From the NCBI GenBank assembly GCA_963733195.1, contig CAVTCR010000056.1, forward strand, positions 128,001-192,000: a DNA stretch of 64,000 nucleotides, read 5' to 3'. This stretch comes from an uncultured delta proteobacterium (GTDB lineage: Bacteria > Desulfobacterota > Binatia > Bin18). Positions 18,295 through 29,489 of the stretch are shown here, piece after piece. The notes below the pieces were generated by a model. The model had not been told where the DNA came from. It searched no databases and saw only the letters and a list, made by a program, of their open reading frames with translations. The position numbers were made by a program, and so were the translations under genes. Each line of letters begins with the position of its first letter. Within the stretch, counting starts at the first letter, position 1.

Positions 18295-20554
18295 CTACGC
18301 TGCGGATTTCTCGTATTCTTTGGAACGGAGTCCTAACTCTTCAAACATCCAGCGTGGCCGTGAATCAAACTCATCACGTCGCACATTGGCAAGCGCCTCT
18401 TCCACCGACGTGATTCCTTGACGGGCCTTCTCCATGGCATCCCAGTAGAGAGTTGTCATATCGGTGTTCTCGATAGCCATGCGTTTGAGGGCTTCCGAGG
18501 TGATGCCATGCTGGTTAATTGCCTTACGCATAGCATCATCCGGGACGAGAAGTTCATGAATACCGACTCGTCCCTTATAGCCTGTCCCATTACATGCCGG
18601 ACAGCCTTTGGAGCGATGGAGGGTGACCTCGGTGTCATGGTCGACGCCAATGAGGTGTCTCTCATCGCTGTTTGGCTGGTACTCTTCTTTGCACTCTTTG
18701 CACAGCCGACGCAGCAAACGTTGAGCACAGATGAGCACGAGCGACGAACTCACCATGAACGGTTCGATGCCCATTTCAATGAATCGGGTGACAGTTGAGG
18801 GGGCATCGTTGGTGTGTAAAGTAGATAGGAGTAAGTGTCCAGTCAGAGCTGCTTCAATCGCGATATCCGCGGTTTCTTTATCGCGAATTTCACCGACGAG
18901 GATGATATCGGGGTCTTGGCGTAGATAGCTACGCAGCGCACGTTGAAAGGTCAGCCCGATTTCTCGATGAATCTGCATTTGATTAATGCCCGCGAGTGTA
19001 TACTCGATGGGATCTTCGCAGGTCTGAATGTTGACTTCCGGAGTCTGGACTTCGTTCAATGCCGCATACAGAGTCATCGATTTTCCAGAACCTGTCGGAC
19101 CCACATGCAGGATCATACCATAGGGGGTTTCAATCTTATCGCGATACAGCGCCAGATTGCGGGAAGAGAAGCCGAGATTGGCCAACGGCATGACCGCTTT
19201 CTGTTTATCGAGAATACGCATGACGACTTTTTCACCGTAGTTCATCGGCGCGGTCGCAACGCGCAAGTCGAAATCAAATCCACGAGAGGTATACTTCTTA
19301 AAAATGATACGCCCGTCTTGCGGTAAACGACGCTCGGAGATGTCGAGGTCACTCATGATTTTGAGTCGAGCCACGAGCGGACGGATGAGGGTCCGAGGCG
19401 TGAAGCGGTTAACGATTCGCATCACACCGTCCACACGATAACGAACTAGAATCTCATTCTCCCAAGGTTCGATATGTATGTCCGAGGCGCCCATCGTATA
19501 GGCGTTTTCGATCAGCTGGTTGACGAGAACAATCAAAGGTTCAGATTCTTCGGTCGAGCCGTCCAGGACAGTCGCTGAAGTATCTTCTGCAGGTTGGTAG
19601 CGTTCGCGCAATTTCTTCTCAATATCCGAAATTGCAACCTGCGCGGTTGGAGCCTGCTGAGTAGCCGAGACCCCGCCCTTAAAGAAGGCAAGAATATTCT
19701 TGGGTTCGGTGATGCTCAGCTGCAAAGGGTGGGAGGACGTTTCGTACTTCTTGAGTAAGCGTAGTAACTCCCAGTTAAACGGATTCGAGAGGACAAACGT
19801 CCGTTTCTGTTCATCGGTGAGCGGCAAGACTAGATTCGTCTTACAAAATGGAGGCGGTAAGACGCCTAACGCCACTTTCTCAGCGCCGACAGTTGGGAGG
19901 TAGGGATAGTTGCAGAAACTCCGCTACCCATTTGGCAATCTGTTCGTCCCCGATTCCAAGATCTGAAGAGAGAGGATACAAATCTTTCGGGTTCAATCCC
20001 AGGACGCGCTCTTGTTTCCCTGGTGGTATCGCTGATTGCTTGGCGAGAAAAAGCCGAAATTGGGGAAAATCAGAGCGGAGAAGCCCGGCACTACGATGCG
20101 CGACTTCTGCGTTAGGGGAGGGATCTGTAGGCTTGGTCGTATTTTCGTCTTGGTCTAATTCCTTCCAGCGAGCGTGGGTTTCCAGATGAGAAGCCACCTT
20201 TCTGAGGAGCGTCTCTTTCTGAATTGGTTTAGTAATGTAATCGGCTGCTCCAAGAGCGAAGGCTTTTGCCTTATCTTCCTTTTGTTCAAGCGAGGTAACA
20301 AAAATAACCGGAATGCTGTTGAAATCTTGGTTCTGCCGCAGCCGGGCACATACTTCGTAGCCATCGAGGCCAGGCATCATGGCATCTAACAGGATGAGAT
20401 CTGGTTTGACACTTTGCAGGGTCTGGAGCGCGCGATTACCACTATCGGCTGTGAGGACCATATAGCCATTTGTGAGTAACGAACGTTCAATAGCGCGAAG
20501 GGTCACACGATCGTCGTCAACACAGAGGATGCGTGGCTTTGCTTGGGACTCCAT
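18295..20554 (-). CDS. receiver-domain-fused PilB/GspE-family secretion/pilus ATPase (~752 aa), split by one extra base near 19903-19905
   Basis: ORF 19880-20554 is a REC domain. ORF 18295-19875 has ASDIHIEP, RRLPQDGR, Walker A GPTGSGKS, EDPIE, Walker B ILVGEIRD, His box GHLLLSTLHTN and CxxC..CxxC. Removing one C from the minus-strand TCCC joins them as ...QLSYLPTVGAEKVALGV... Confidence 0.88.
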
Positions 20555-20605
20555 GAATTCTCTCCGTCCGGTAGCGATAATGGTCAGGTGAGCCGAGGAA
20601 TCGGT

Positions 20606-23169
20606 CTACGCAGTCGCTTCCAGTCGTAAATTTTCCAGCTCTGGAGTCAATTGTGCGAGCACGTGTTCCAGTTTGACGACTACTTGAGAGGCCAGGTCAA
20701 TATTGCCTTGTCGTCCCAACTGCTCAAGCGTCCGTGCAACCTCAAAGGGTTCGCGGGTTGTGAAATTTCCCACAGAACCTTTCAAGGCATGAGCTGCTTG
20801 TGTCAGCGCAGTGAGATCGGCTTGTACGACCGCTTCTTTGATACGCAACAGGTACCCTGGGTATGATTCCAAAAACAATTCTGCCATTTCGGATAACAGC
20901 ACCTTATCTCCATCCACACGGTCGAGGGCTTCGTTCAGATCGAAAACTGAGAGGTCCGTTTGTCTCGGGAACCGGAATCCATCCTCAGGTGCGAACGGGA
21001 TGTTTTCATCCGCCACGGAAGGTTCTTCTGTACTGTCATGCAGAGATTGATACTGAAATGGGTTTCCCTGCGAGAGGGACGTGTCATTGTTAGTGCTGAC
21101 TGGGGCTTCGTCTGTGGAGCGGAGTGAATATCCATCGTCTTCTGTTATGAGAGGTGGTGGAATAATATGGAAGCCTGTCTCTGAAGGAGAAGGATCCTGG
21201 GTCTCAAAGATGAGCACAGTGTTGTCACGTGCCTCTTCTGAGTCACTTTCCCCTTTTTCAAACGAAAGGTCCATGTCGAAGATGAGCGCAGTATTGTCAC
21301 GTGCCTCTTCTGAGTCACCCGTAGTTTGCGAAAACTGGGATAACGGATGGAACATGGGTGCTGCAGTCGGTGCCTCGATGTTTTGTGCGGTGAACGAAGC
21401 TGTTTCATTGCTGGCTGGGGTGAAAAGATTACTGTCGAGAGGAGCAGCTGTCACCGGTGCCACCACGGTAGCGGATTGTGTTTTCGCCCATGCGACCCAA
21501 TGCGCTAGTATTGTCTGCAGCTTATCGGGATTCAGCGGCTTGGAAAGGTAGTCGTCCATACCCGCAGCGAGGCAACGCTCACGATCCCCGGGCATAATAT
21601 GGGCGGTCAAGGCAATAATCGGGAGATGGGGAAGGTTCAATGTCGTTTCGCGCACGCGGATTTCCCCGGTTGCAGAGAGGCCATCCATCTCTGGCATCTG
21701 ACAATCCATCAGTACTGCTGCGTAGGAGTTGGTTACAGCTTCTTCGAACGCTGCTCGGCCATTAAATACGACTTTGGTCCGATAGCCAAATTTTTCCAGC
21801 AACCGACTGATGAGTTTTTGGTTGACCGGGTTATCTTCGGCAACAAGAATTGCGAGTTGTTCTTCAGTCGTGCTAGGGACTGTCGAAGGCAACGTACCGG
21901 GAAGTACCGGAGTGACCATTTCCTCTGTTGCCGCGGCTTGATGATGCAAACATACGGTAAACCAGAAGGTACTTCCTTGTGCCGTCCCGCTGGTGACTCC
22001 AATCTCTCCACCCATGTGTTCAACGATGCGCTTGCTGATTGCGAGTCCGAGGCCGGTTCCTCCATACCTCCGGGTGGATGAGGGATCACCTTGTGAGAAG
22101 GCCTGGAAGAGATTAGCGAGGCGGTCCGTTGGAATCCCAATTCCTGTATCAGTAATAGTAAAACGGAGAGTGACAGTGCTACCTGCAGTTTGCACGAGTC
22201 CAGTATGCAGAGATACTTGACCTGTTTCGGTGAACTTAAGCGCGTTTCCGAGGAGATTGATCAAGACTTGGCGGAGGCGTGTCGCATCTCCACGAAGCAG
22301 GGAGGGAACATCGTCGTGGATAAACGAGGTGAGTTCAAGTTTCTTCTTTGCTGTTGTTTCCGCGAAGAGGTCGAGTACTTCTTCGATTGTGTTGCGAGGC
22401 GAAAACTCTTTTTCTTCGAGTTCGAACGTTCCAGTTTCTAACTCCGAGAAGTCGAGCAAATCGTTAACAATGGTGAGCAGCATATCTGCGCTAGTACACG
22501 CAGTTTCTGCATAGTCCTTCTGTTCAGGAGTCAAGTCGGTATCTAATAACAACTGAGTCATGCCGATGACCCCGTTGAGCGGGGTACGGATTTCGTGACT
22601 CATATTGGCCAAGAAGTCAGACTTTGTCCGGTTGGCTGCAGAGACTTCTGTTCGTGATTGTTGCAACGCCTTTTCGAGTTGGACACGTTCCGCAGTCGCG
22701 CTTTGCAACGCGCTGGAAGTCTGCAACAACTCTGCTGCGTGCTCGTCTGCACGTGCGGTAAGAGTCTCTGTTGCCTTTCGCAATGCCTCTTCTGTCTGTC
22801 GATGCACGAGAATTTGTGCTTCCAGTTCACGCTTCGCTTCCTCGAGGCGATGCGCCCGTTCAAGCAGTCCCTGATGGGCGCTTTCTGCTCTTTGTCGTGC
22901 TATGCTCACCTCAGCGAGTTTTTCTTGTACTCCGACATGTTTCCGGCGGACAAGAAACGCTCCGAGAATAGCAACCGCAGTGCCAACACCAACTGTGAGA
23001 GCTTGCCCAGTAAACGCGTGGTAAAGGCAAGCGCCTCCTGTAGCATCTCACTTCCAGCAAGAATGAGGAATGCGACGAGGGCGATCTGGAACAACGATGG
23101 GGCGCCGGCCTCAGGTTTTTTCGAAGTTGTTGGCTCCGAGTGTCGCGATGATTGTCGCAGGTTACGCAT
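20606..23169 (-). CDS. membrane hybrid histidine kinase 2TM-HisKA-HATPase-REC-linker-Hpt (~854 aa), split by a missing base near 22990-23045
   Basis: ORF 22906-23169 supplies the start and first TM. The kinase frame is open upstream of 22909 and encodes a second TM ([20 protein letters not shown]). H-box SHEIRTP, NALKF, DTGIG, REC, Hpt [12 protein letters not shown]. Confidence 0.88.
21207..21318. repeat. intragenic ~40-bp direct repeat, 72-bp period ([13 protein letters not shown] twice)
   Basis: aagatgagc(a/g)cagt(g/a)ttgtcacgtgcctcttctgagtcac at 21207 and 21279. Confidence 0.9.
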
Positions 23170-23193
23170 AGTCGTAGTGATCCTCAGGTTTGT

Positions 23194-26100
23194 TTAGGCT
23201 GCGAGCTCCGCTTTCAACGACGAGAGCGCCTCTCGCAACCGTGCTAGTTCCGTTTCGAGAATGTCTACAGCGGGTGAAGCCTGCTCGATGTTACCGCGTG
23301 TCCCTATTTGTTCTAACTGCGCGATAGCCATGAGTGCTCGTTTCGCTGCGAAGTTGCCCACTGAGCCTTTCAGGGTATGGATTGTGTACGCGAGTGAGTG
23401 AGGGTCTTTGTCGCTGGCAGCTGCCCGCATTTGCTCCAGCAGTTTCGGAGAACTTTCCCAGAAAAGGTCGGTTAATTCTGTCAGCAACGTAACATCACCA
23501 TCGACCAGGGAGAGCAGCTCAGTACGATCAAAGATCTCTTCTGGAGTGGGGGGAGCTTCCTCTTGTTGGCCCATTGCGGTGCTCTTCCCTTGTTGGGCAA
23601 CTTGTTCCAGCGTGGCAAACAATTCTTCTGCTCGCAACGGCTTACTGACGTATCCATCCATGCCAGCCGACAGGCAATGTTCTTTGTCTCCTACCATCGC
23701 GTGCGCAGTCATGGCGATGATGAAGATGTGGGTCTCACTCTTTTGCTCGTACTCGCGAATAGCTGCGGTTGCTTCCATACCATTCATGACCGGCATTTCG
23801 ACATCCATAAGGATCGCATCGAACGGGCCGTTCTGGAGAAAACTCTCGTATGCCTCTTTCCCATTGGTCGCGACAACTGCCTCGTGACCCCATTTCTGTA
23901 AGAAACGCACGGCTAGTTTCTGGTTGACGGCGTTATCCTCGGCTACCAATAGCCGCAACACGCGCCGACTCTTTTGTGCGAATGGAGTTTTCGATTTGCG
24001 TGTTTCCTCGACGACTTTGCCTCGTGCCTTGAGAAGCGCCGTCAATAACTCTGACGGGCGAATTGGTTTCAACATGAAACCCGAGAGGCCCATCTGTTGA
24101 CATCGATCTCGCTCTTCTTTCTGGTCGGATGACGTCAACATCATCAATGTTGCCCCTGCAATCGCCGGTGTTTCGGTGATTTGCTGGGCAAGTGTAAACC
24201 CATCCGTCTTTGGCATGTGCCCGTCAATCAGCACGAAGGCGAACGGTTGGGCTTTCGTCTTTGCCTCTTGCATGAGGGCAAGGGCATGTTCTGCCGAATC
24301 GGCAAGATGTGGAACCATCCGCCACGAGGTCATGAGATCTTTGAGAATGCGTCGGTTGGTAGCGTTGTCGTCAACGATCAGCACTGGCAACCCTTGCAGT
24401 TCTTCAACGGCGACAGGGGTGGTCTCTTCTTGCCGGGTACCGATGCCGAGTCGGGCAGTGAAGTAGAATGTTGAGCCTTGATTCTCTTCGCTCTCAAGCC
24501 ACAGATAACCCTCCATCAATCTCACAAGCTGGGTCGAGATTGCAAGACCAAGGCCGGTTCCTCCGTACTTTCGATTGATGGAAGTATCGGCTTGAGAGAA
24601 CGCTTGAAAGATAAGGTGCTGTTTGTCCTTGGGGATACCAATTCCGGTGTCGCGGACAGCAAAACGTAGCTCTACCTCGTGTTCCTCGCCCCTTGTTTTT
24701 TCGACATGGACAGCGACCTCGCCCTTCTCGGTGAACTTGAGTGCGTTGCCGACCAGATTGGTGACAACTTGACGTAAGCGGCTGGAGTCGCCAATCACGA
24801 GGTCTGGAACATCTGCGGCGACTTCATACAGCAGCTCCAAGCCTTTTTGGTGTGCACGAAAGGCGAGTGCTTTCATTGCGTCACCGAGATTCTCACGGAG
24901 AGAGAAATTCACCGACTCCAGATCCAGTTTGCGGGCTTCAATTTTGGAGAAGTCGAGAATGTCGTTCAGAAGCGCAAGTAAGGCTTCGGCAGAACTTTTT
25001 ACGGTTTCTGCGTACTCACGCTGCTCTGAGGTCAGAGAGGTATCGAGAAGGAGCTCAGTCATGCCGATGACACCGTTCATCGGTGTACGGATCTCATGAC
25101 TCATATTGGCCAAAAATTCCGATTTTGCCTGGCTCGACTGTTCGGCGATTTCTTTTGCTTGTTGAAGCGAGAATTCGACCTGTTTGCGATCGGTAATATC
25201 TCGCCCAGTAACCACGACCCCACTGACTTGGCCATTGGCCTCTGTGAGCAGGGCGGCTTTCCAATGGTACAGCGCCGTAGATCCGTCTTTCCCAAGAAGT
25301 ACTGCCTCCAGCGTTCGTTGGCTTTCGCTGCTCTCTTCAGAGAGCATTGCCGTGATACGGTCGTGTTCCTCTTCTGCGAAGAACTGAATCGCCGGAAGCC
25401 CTGACAGTTCATCGCTAGAGTAGCCTGAAGCATGCTCGAACGCCGCGTTCCATTTGCGTATCCTCCCCTGTTGGTCGACAACAAAGAAGGCATCTGGGAG
25501 TGCTCTGGTGAGTACCTCGTGCTCGCGGAGAGTGTGGGTCAGTGTCTCTTCGCTGTGTTTGCGTTCTGCAATCTCAGCATGGAGGGCTGCGGTATCCTGT
25601 TCAAGGTCGACGGTATGTTCCTGTAATCGCCGCTCGAGATCTTCCTGAAGTTGGTGCAGGGATTCTTCCAACGTGTGCCGTGTGGTCTGTTCATTATGAA
25701 GCGAGGCTTGGAGCTGCTCAACTTCAGCCACCTGCTCATGGAGACGCCGCTCGAGATCTTCCTGAAGTTGGCGCAGGGATTCTTCCAACGTGTGCCGTGT
25801 GGTCTGTTCATTATGAAGCGAGGCTTGGAGCTGCTCAACTTCAGCCACCTGCTCATGGAGACGCCGCTCGAGATCCTCCTGGGTCTGACGTAATGCTGTT
25901 TCTGTTTGCTGGCGTGCTTCTCGTTCGGCTTCTATAGCACTATTGGCTTGAGCTGTTTCCCTTGTGTGTTCCTGGGCTTGATGGTCGAGCTGCTCTTGTG
26001 CCTGGCGGAGAGAGGCTTCGAGGGTTTGTCGTCCGACCTGATCATCGTACAACGTCGCCTGCAATTGTTCGATTTCAGCGGTGCGTTCTTGAAGGCGACG

Positions 26101-26820
26101 TTCGAGGTCACTCTGACCCTGACGGAGTGCTTCTGCAGCCTCACGCTGCGTTGCTAACTCACTCTGAAGTGTTTCATTTGTTTGGGTAAGTTCTCGTGTC
26201 CGTTCCTCGATGAGTTGCTCTAACTCCTGTGCTTGAAGAAGGACCTCTCCAGCTTGACCCTGAGAGGCATCCCACTCAGGAGCATCTTCAGGTGTTGGCC
26301 CGTGTTTGCCATTGGCAAGTGCGGGGGTGCCGGCTGACTGATCAAGGGTTGGCGGCTGTAGTTGCTGTCCTGCCACTAGGTGAAGCGTCGGAGGAGAGGA
26401 AGGTTCGACCAGGGCAGGTTTTTGGGAACTCGGTATTGTTCCTGCACCGATATGGAGCGCGACCTTCCGGAGAAGAATGTCTCTTTGAATGGGTTTAACT
26501 AGGTAGTCAGCGGCCCCAAGGGAGAAGGCCTTTGCCCGTTCCTCTCCTTCTTCCTGGGCGGTGACAAAGATGATGGGGATGGTGGCAAGGGTTGGGTTCG
26601 TTTGAAGATGTGAGCATACCTCGTAGCCATCCATGATTGGCATGATGGCATCGAGCAGAATGAGGTTCGGTTTGATCTTCTGCAGGGTTGTTAAGGCACG
26701 CGCACCACTGTCGGCAGTGAGTACCGAGTACCCATTACTTATGAGTGAGCGTTCGATTGCCCGCAGTGTCACCTTGTCATCATCAACACACAAGATGATT
26801 GGGGCTGTGGAGCCATCCAT
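23194..26820 (-). CDS. hybrid histidine kinase REC - long repeated coiled coil - PAS - HisKA - HATPase - REC - REC - Hpt
   Basis: All canonical motifs intact ([36 protein letters not shown]). ATG 26820 preceded by GGGGAGAG. Confidence 0.95.
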   Translation of the reverse strand: MDGSTAPIILCVDDDKVTLRAIERSLISNGYSVLTADSGARALTTLQKIKPNLILLDAIMPIMDGYEVCSHLQTNPTLATIPIIFVTAQEEGEERAKAFSLGAADYLVKPIQRDILLRKVALHIGAGTIPSSQKPALVEPSSPPTLHLVAGQQLQPPTLDQSAGTPALANGKHGPTPEDAPEWDASQGQAGEVLLQAQELEQLIEERTRELTQTNETLQSELATQREAAEALRQGQSDLERRLQERTAEIEQLQATLYDDQVGRQTLEASLRQAQEQLDHQAQEHTRETAQANSAIEAEREARQQTETALRQTQEDLERRLHEQVAEVEQLQASLHNEQTTRHTLEESLRQLQEDLERRLHEQVAEVEQLQASLHNEQTTRHTLEESLHQLQEDLERRLQEHTVDLEQDTAALHAEIAERKHSEETLTHTLREHEVLTRALPDAFFVVDQQGRIRKWNAAFEHASGYSSDELSGLPAIQFFAEEEHDRITAMLSEESSESQRTLEAVLLGKDGSTALYHWKAALLTEANGQVSGVVVTGRDITDRKQVEFSLQQAKEIAEQSSQAKSEFLANMSHEIRTPMNGVIGMTELLLDTSLTSEQREYAETVKSSAEALLALLNDILDFSKIEARKLDLESVNFSLRENLGDAMKALAFRAHQKGLELLYEVAADVPDLVIGDSSRLRQVVTNLVGNALKFTEKGEVAVHVEKTRGEEHEVELRFAVRDTGIGIPKDKQHLIFQAFSQADTSINRKYGGTGLGLAISTQLVRLMEGYLWLESEENQGSTFYFTARLGIGTRQEETTPVAVEELQGLPVLIVDDNATNRRILKDLMTSWRMVPHLADSAEHALALMQEAKTKAQPFAFVLIDGHMPKTDGFTLAQQITETPAIAGATLMMLTSSDQKEERDRCQQMGLSGFMLKPIRPSELLTALLKARGKVVEETRKSKTPFAQKSRRVLRLLVAEDNAVNQKLAVRFLQKWGHEAVVATNGKEAYESFLQNGPFDAILMDVEMPVMNGMEATAAIREYEQKSETHIFIIAMTAHAMVGDKEHCLSAGMDGYVSKPLRAEELFATLEQVAQQGKSTAMGQQEEAPPTPEEIFDRTELLSLVDGDVTLLTELTDLFWESSPKLLEQMRAAASDKDPHSLAYTIHTLKGSVGNFAAKRALMAIAQLEQIGTRGNIEQASPAVDILETELARLREALSSLKAELAA
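25628..25881. repeat. 117-bp near-perfect intragenic tandem repeat (39 aa, ~2.2 copies) inside a longer degenerate array
   Basis: cgccgctcgagatc at 25628, 25745 and 25862; encodes LQEDLERRLHEQVAEVEQLQASLHNEQTTRHTLEESLRQ. Confidence 0.95.
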
Positions 26821-27286
26821 GAATCTCTCCCCCATCACATAAGAAGTCTCTCTGGCCGAGATTGAGGTGGTTTTTCTGTTGATCGTTGGCCTTTCTCTCT
26901 ATGCCAGCGGCTTCTCTCTCCTTACATCGGCGATCGTTTGGTTTTGTTTACTATGGAAACATCTCGCTCCAGTTTCCACACAACACGCACGCTCATTACC
27001 TACCTATTCAATGCGAATGTACTCAGACGAGAAGGGAGAGATTCTGGTGAAGGTGTATTCTCCAGGCGGTGAACCACCAGGCTATGCACCTGGATGCCTG
27101 TTTCCAAGACAAGTTGGCCGTAACAGCTCCCACTCACCCTCTCTCTCGCTTGGGATGCGATCGGTGGTGACAAAAAAAACTTTAGTCAAGAGGGGCTCCT
27201 CTGTACAGTCTTCTGTTAGTTGCAATTTTTGATACGGAATTCTATCCTAGTGGAGTTAACATCACAGGAGAGATAAGGAGGTGTAT

Positions 27287-27655
27287 ATGAGGTGGTCTAC
27301 AAAAGTCATTGCGACAGTAATTGGCATGGGGATGCTGTATCCGACTCTCAGTATGGCGCAGCCAGCAGGAAGGACCAAAAGCGGAGAGTATGCACGAGGA
27401 TTAGCTGCTCCGCTGCTGAGTGTTGGGTATTTCCCCATCAAGTTTGTGGTCGGAGTGGCTGGAGCGGTCCTGGGTGGAGCAAGCGGATTCCTCACTGGTG
27501 GAAGTGATCGTGCTGCCGAAGGTATTTGGTATCCGATGACAGGCGGGACATACTTCATCACGCCGGAGATCTTAGAAGGAGAGCGACGCTTCCTACCACT
27601 TGATTACGGACCAAGTACGCCTCCTCGGGTGCATTCCGAATACATGCAGCCCTAG
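27287..27655 (+). CDS. hypothetical exported/membrane protein
   Basis: Strong RBS AAGGAGG before ATG 27287; signal-peptide-like N-terminus (..SMA/Q); Gly-rich hydrophobic segment. Confidence 0.8.
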   Translation: MRWSTKVIATVIGMGMLYPTLSMAQPAGRTKSGEYARGLAAPLLSVGYFPIKFVVGVAGAVLGGASGFLTGGSDRAAEGIWYPMTGGTYFITPEILEGERRFLPLDYGPSTPPRVHSEYMQP

Positions 27656-27715
27656 GCGATTGTTCTACCAGCTGATAACGAGACTACGCCACGACCGACA
27701 CGCATCACTAGAGAC

Positions 27716-27744
27716 TTGACAGGTGTAACGTAGCGCAGTAAGAA
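27716..27744 (+). promoter_or_regulatory. sigma70-type promoter of the pyr operon
   Basis: TTGACA (27716-27721), 17-nt spacer, TAAGAA, immediately before the PyrR leader. Confidence 0.6.
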
Positions 27745-27750
27745 CATCCC

Positions 27751-27785
27751 ACCTTTTAATCTATCCCCGCGAGGTTAGGAAAGGT
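27751..27785 (+). promoter_or_regulatory. PyrR-binding loop (anti-antiterminator) of the pyr leader
   Basis: ACCTTTTAATCTATCCCCGCGAGGTTAGGAAAGGT resembles the PyrR site pattern CUUUAA..UCCnGnGAGG..AAAGG; ACCTTT/AAAGGT closing stem; upstream of pyrR. Confidence 0.85.
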
Positions 27786-27793
27786 GCAAATGA

Positions 27794-28414
<621 letters not shown>

Positions 28415-28426
28415 CCAGGAGGGCGC

Positions 28427-29368
28427 ATGATGTTTACTCAACCTCATCTCCTCGGACTCGAAGGACTGCAGAAGGACGAGCTGCTGTTCCTCCTTGATAC
28501 TGCCGAATCCTTTCGGGAAATCTCCGAGCGGGAAGTCAAGAAAGTCCCGACGTTACGGGGCAAAACTGTGATCAATCTGTTCTACGAATCGAGTACACGT
28601 ACGCGAACCTCGTTCGAGATCGCTGCCAAGAGGCTGTCGGCGGATGCGATCAACATTACCGCTGCAGCAAGTAGTGTTACCAAAGGTGAAACTCTCCTCG
28701 ATACGGCCCGCAATCTGATTGCCATGCGTCCAGCTGCGATCGTCATTCGTCACCCTTCATCTGGAGCGCCGCACTTTGTGGCACAGTTGGTCGATTGCCC
28801 GGTGATTAATGCTGGAGACGGAACGCATGAGCACCCGACGCAGGCATTGCTTGATATGCATACGATTCGCGAGCGTAAAGGCAAAATCGCTGGACTGATC
28901 GTGGCGATCGTGGGCGACATTCTTCACAGTCGTGTGGCGCGCTCGAATGTGTTGGCGCTGACGACGTTGGGTGCAACGGTGCGCCTGGTTGGCCCACGGA
29001 CATTGTTGCCGCCGGAATGTCGTACGTTTGGTGCGGAGCTGTACACCGATCTTCGGGCTGGGTTGGCAGGGGCAGATGTGGTGATGGCCCTACGGTTGCA
29101 GCAGGAACGTCAGGCGCGGAATTTTTTCCCCAGCGTCGAGGAGTACGCCCGTCGTTTCTGCATTACGCCGACCGCCCTAGCCGAAGCACAGCCCGATGTG
29201 TTGATCATGCACCCAGGACCGATGAATCGCGGGATTGAGATCGACTCGCGCGTTGCCGACGGTCCCTATTCGGTCATTCTCGATCAGGTCACTAATGGTG
29301 TTGCGGTGCGTATGGCGGTTCTCTTTCTCTTGACGACGCGAGGGAAAGAGGTGCGGGAGGAGGAGTAG
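28427..29368 (+). CDS. pyrB: aspartate carbamoyltransferase catalytic subunit
   Basis: [35 protein letters not shown]. Confidence 0.97.
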   Translation: MMFTQPHLLGLEGLQKDELLFLLDTAESFREISEREVKKVPTLRGKTVINLFYESSTRTRTSFEIAAKRLSADAINITAAASSVTKGETLLDTARNLIAMRPAAIVIRHPSSGAPHFVAQLVDCPVINAGDGTHEHPTQALLDMHTIRERKGKIAGLIVAIVGDILHSRVARSNVLALTTLGATVRLVGPRTLLPPECRTFGAELYTDLRAGLAGADVVMALRLQQERQARNFFPSVEEYARRFCITPTALAEAQPDVLIMHPGPMNRGIEIDSRVADGPYSVILDQVTNGVAVRMAVLFLLTTRGKEVREEE

Positions 29369-29381
29369 GAAAGATAATGAC

Positions 29382-29462
29382 AATCGGAGAAACGGCGGGT
29401 GGGAGGAACATAGACGTGCGGTAATCCTCCGTCGATTCCCCGGGTCTCCGATTCTCCGTTTC
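29382..29462. repeat. 8-mer repeat hairpin (AATCGGAG/AAACGG ... CTCCGATT/CTCCGTTT) between pyrB and pyrC
   Basis: Left-arm units are reverse complements of right-arm units. Confidence 0.7.
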
Positions 29463-29489
29463 ATTTTAGGTCTCGTGTAGTGAATTGTT

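Noticed and set aside
25628-25881. Possible CRISPR or non-coding repeat array
   Set aside because: Contiguous 117-bp in-frame units with no unique spacers, inside a kinase CDS; no cas genes.
7450-26842. Numerous plus-strand ORFs of 60-210 aa across the signalling island
   Set aside because: Antisense shadows of well-supported minus-strand genes with no recognisable motifs.
26867-27232. 121-aa ORF in the divergent promoter region
   Set aside because: GTG start, no motif, and it occupies the expected regulatory region between divergent genes.
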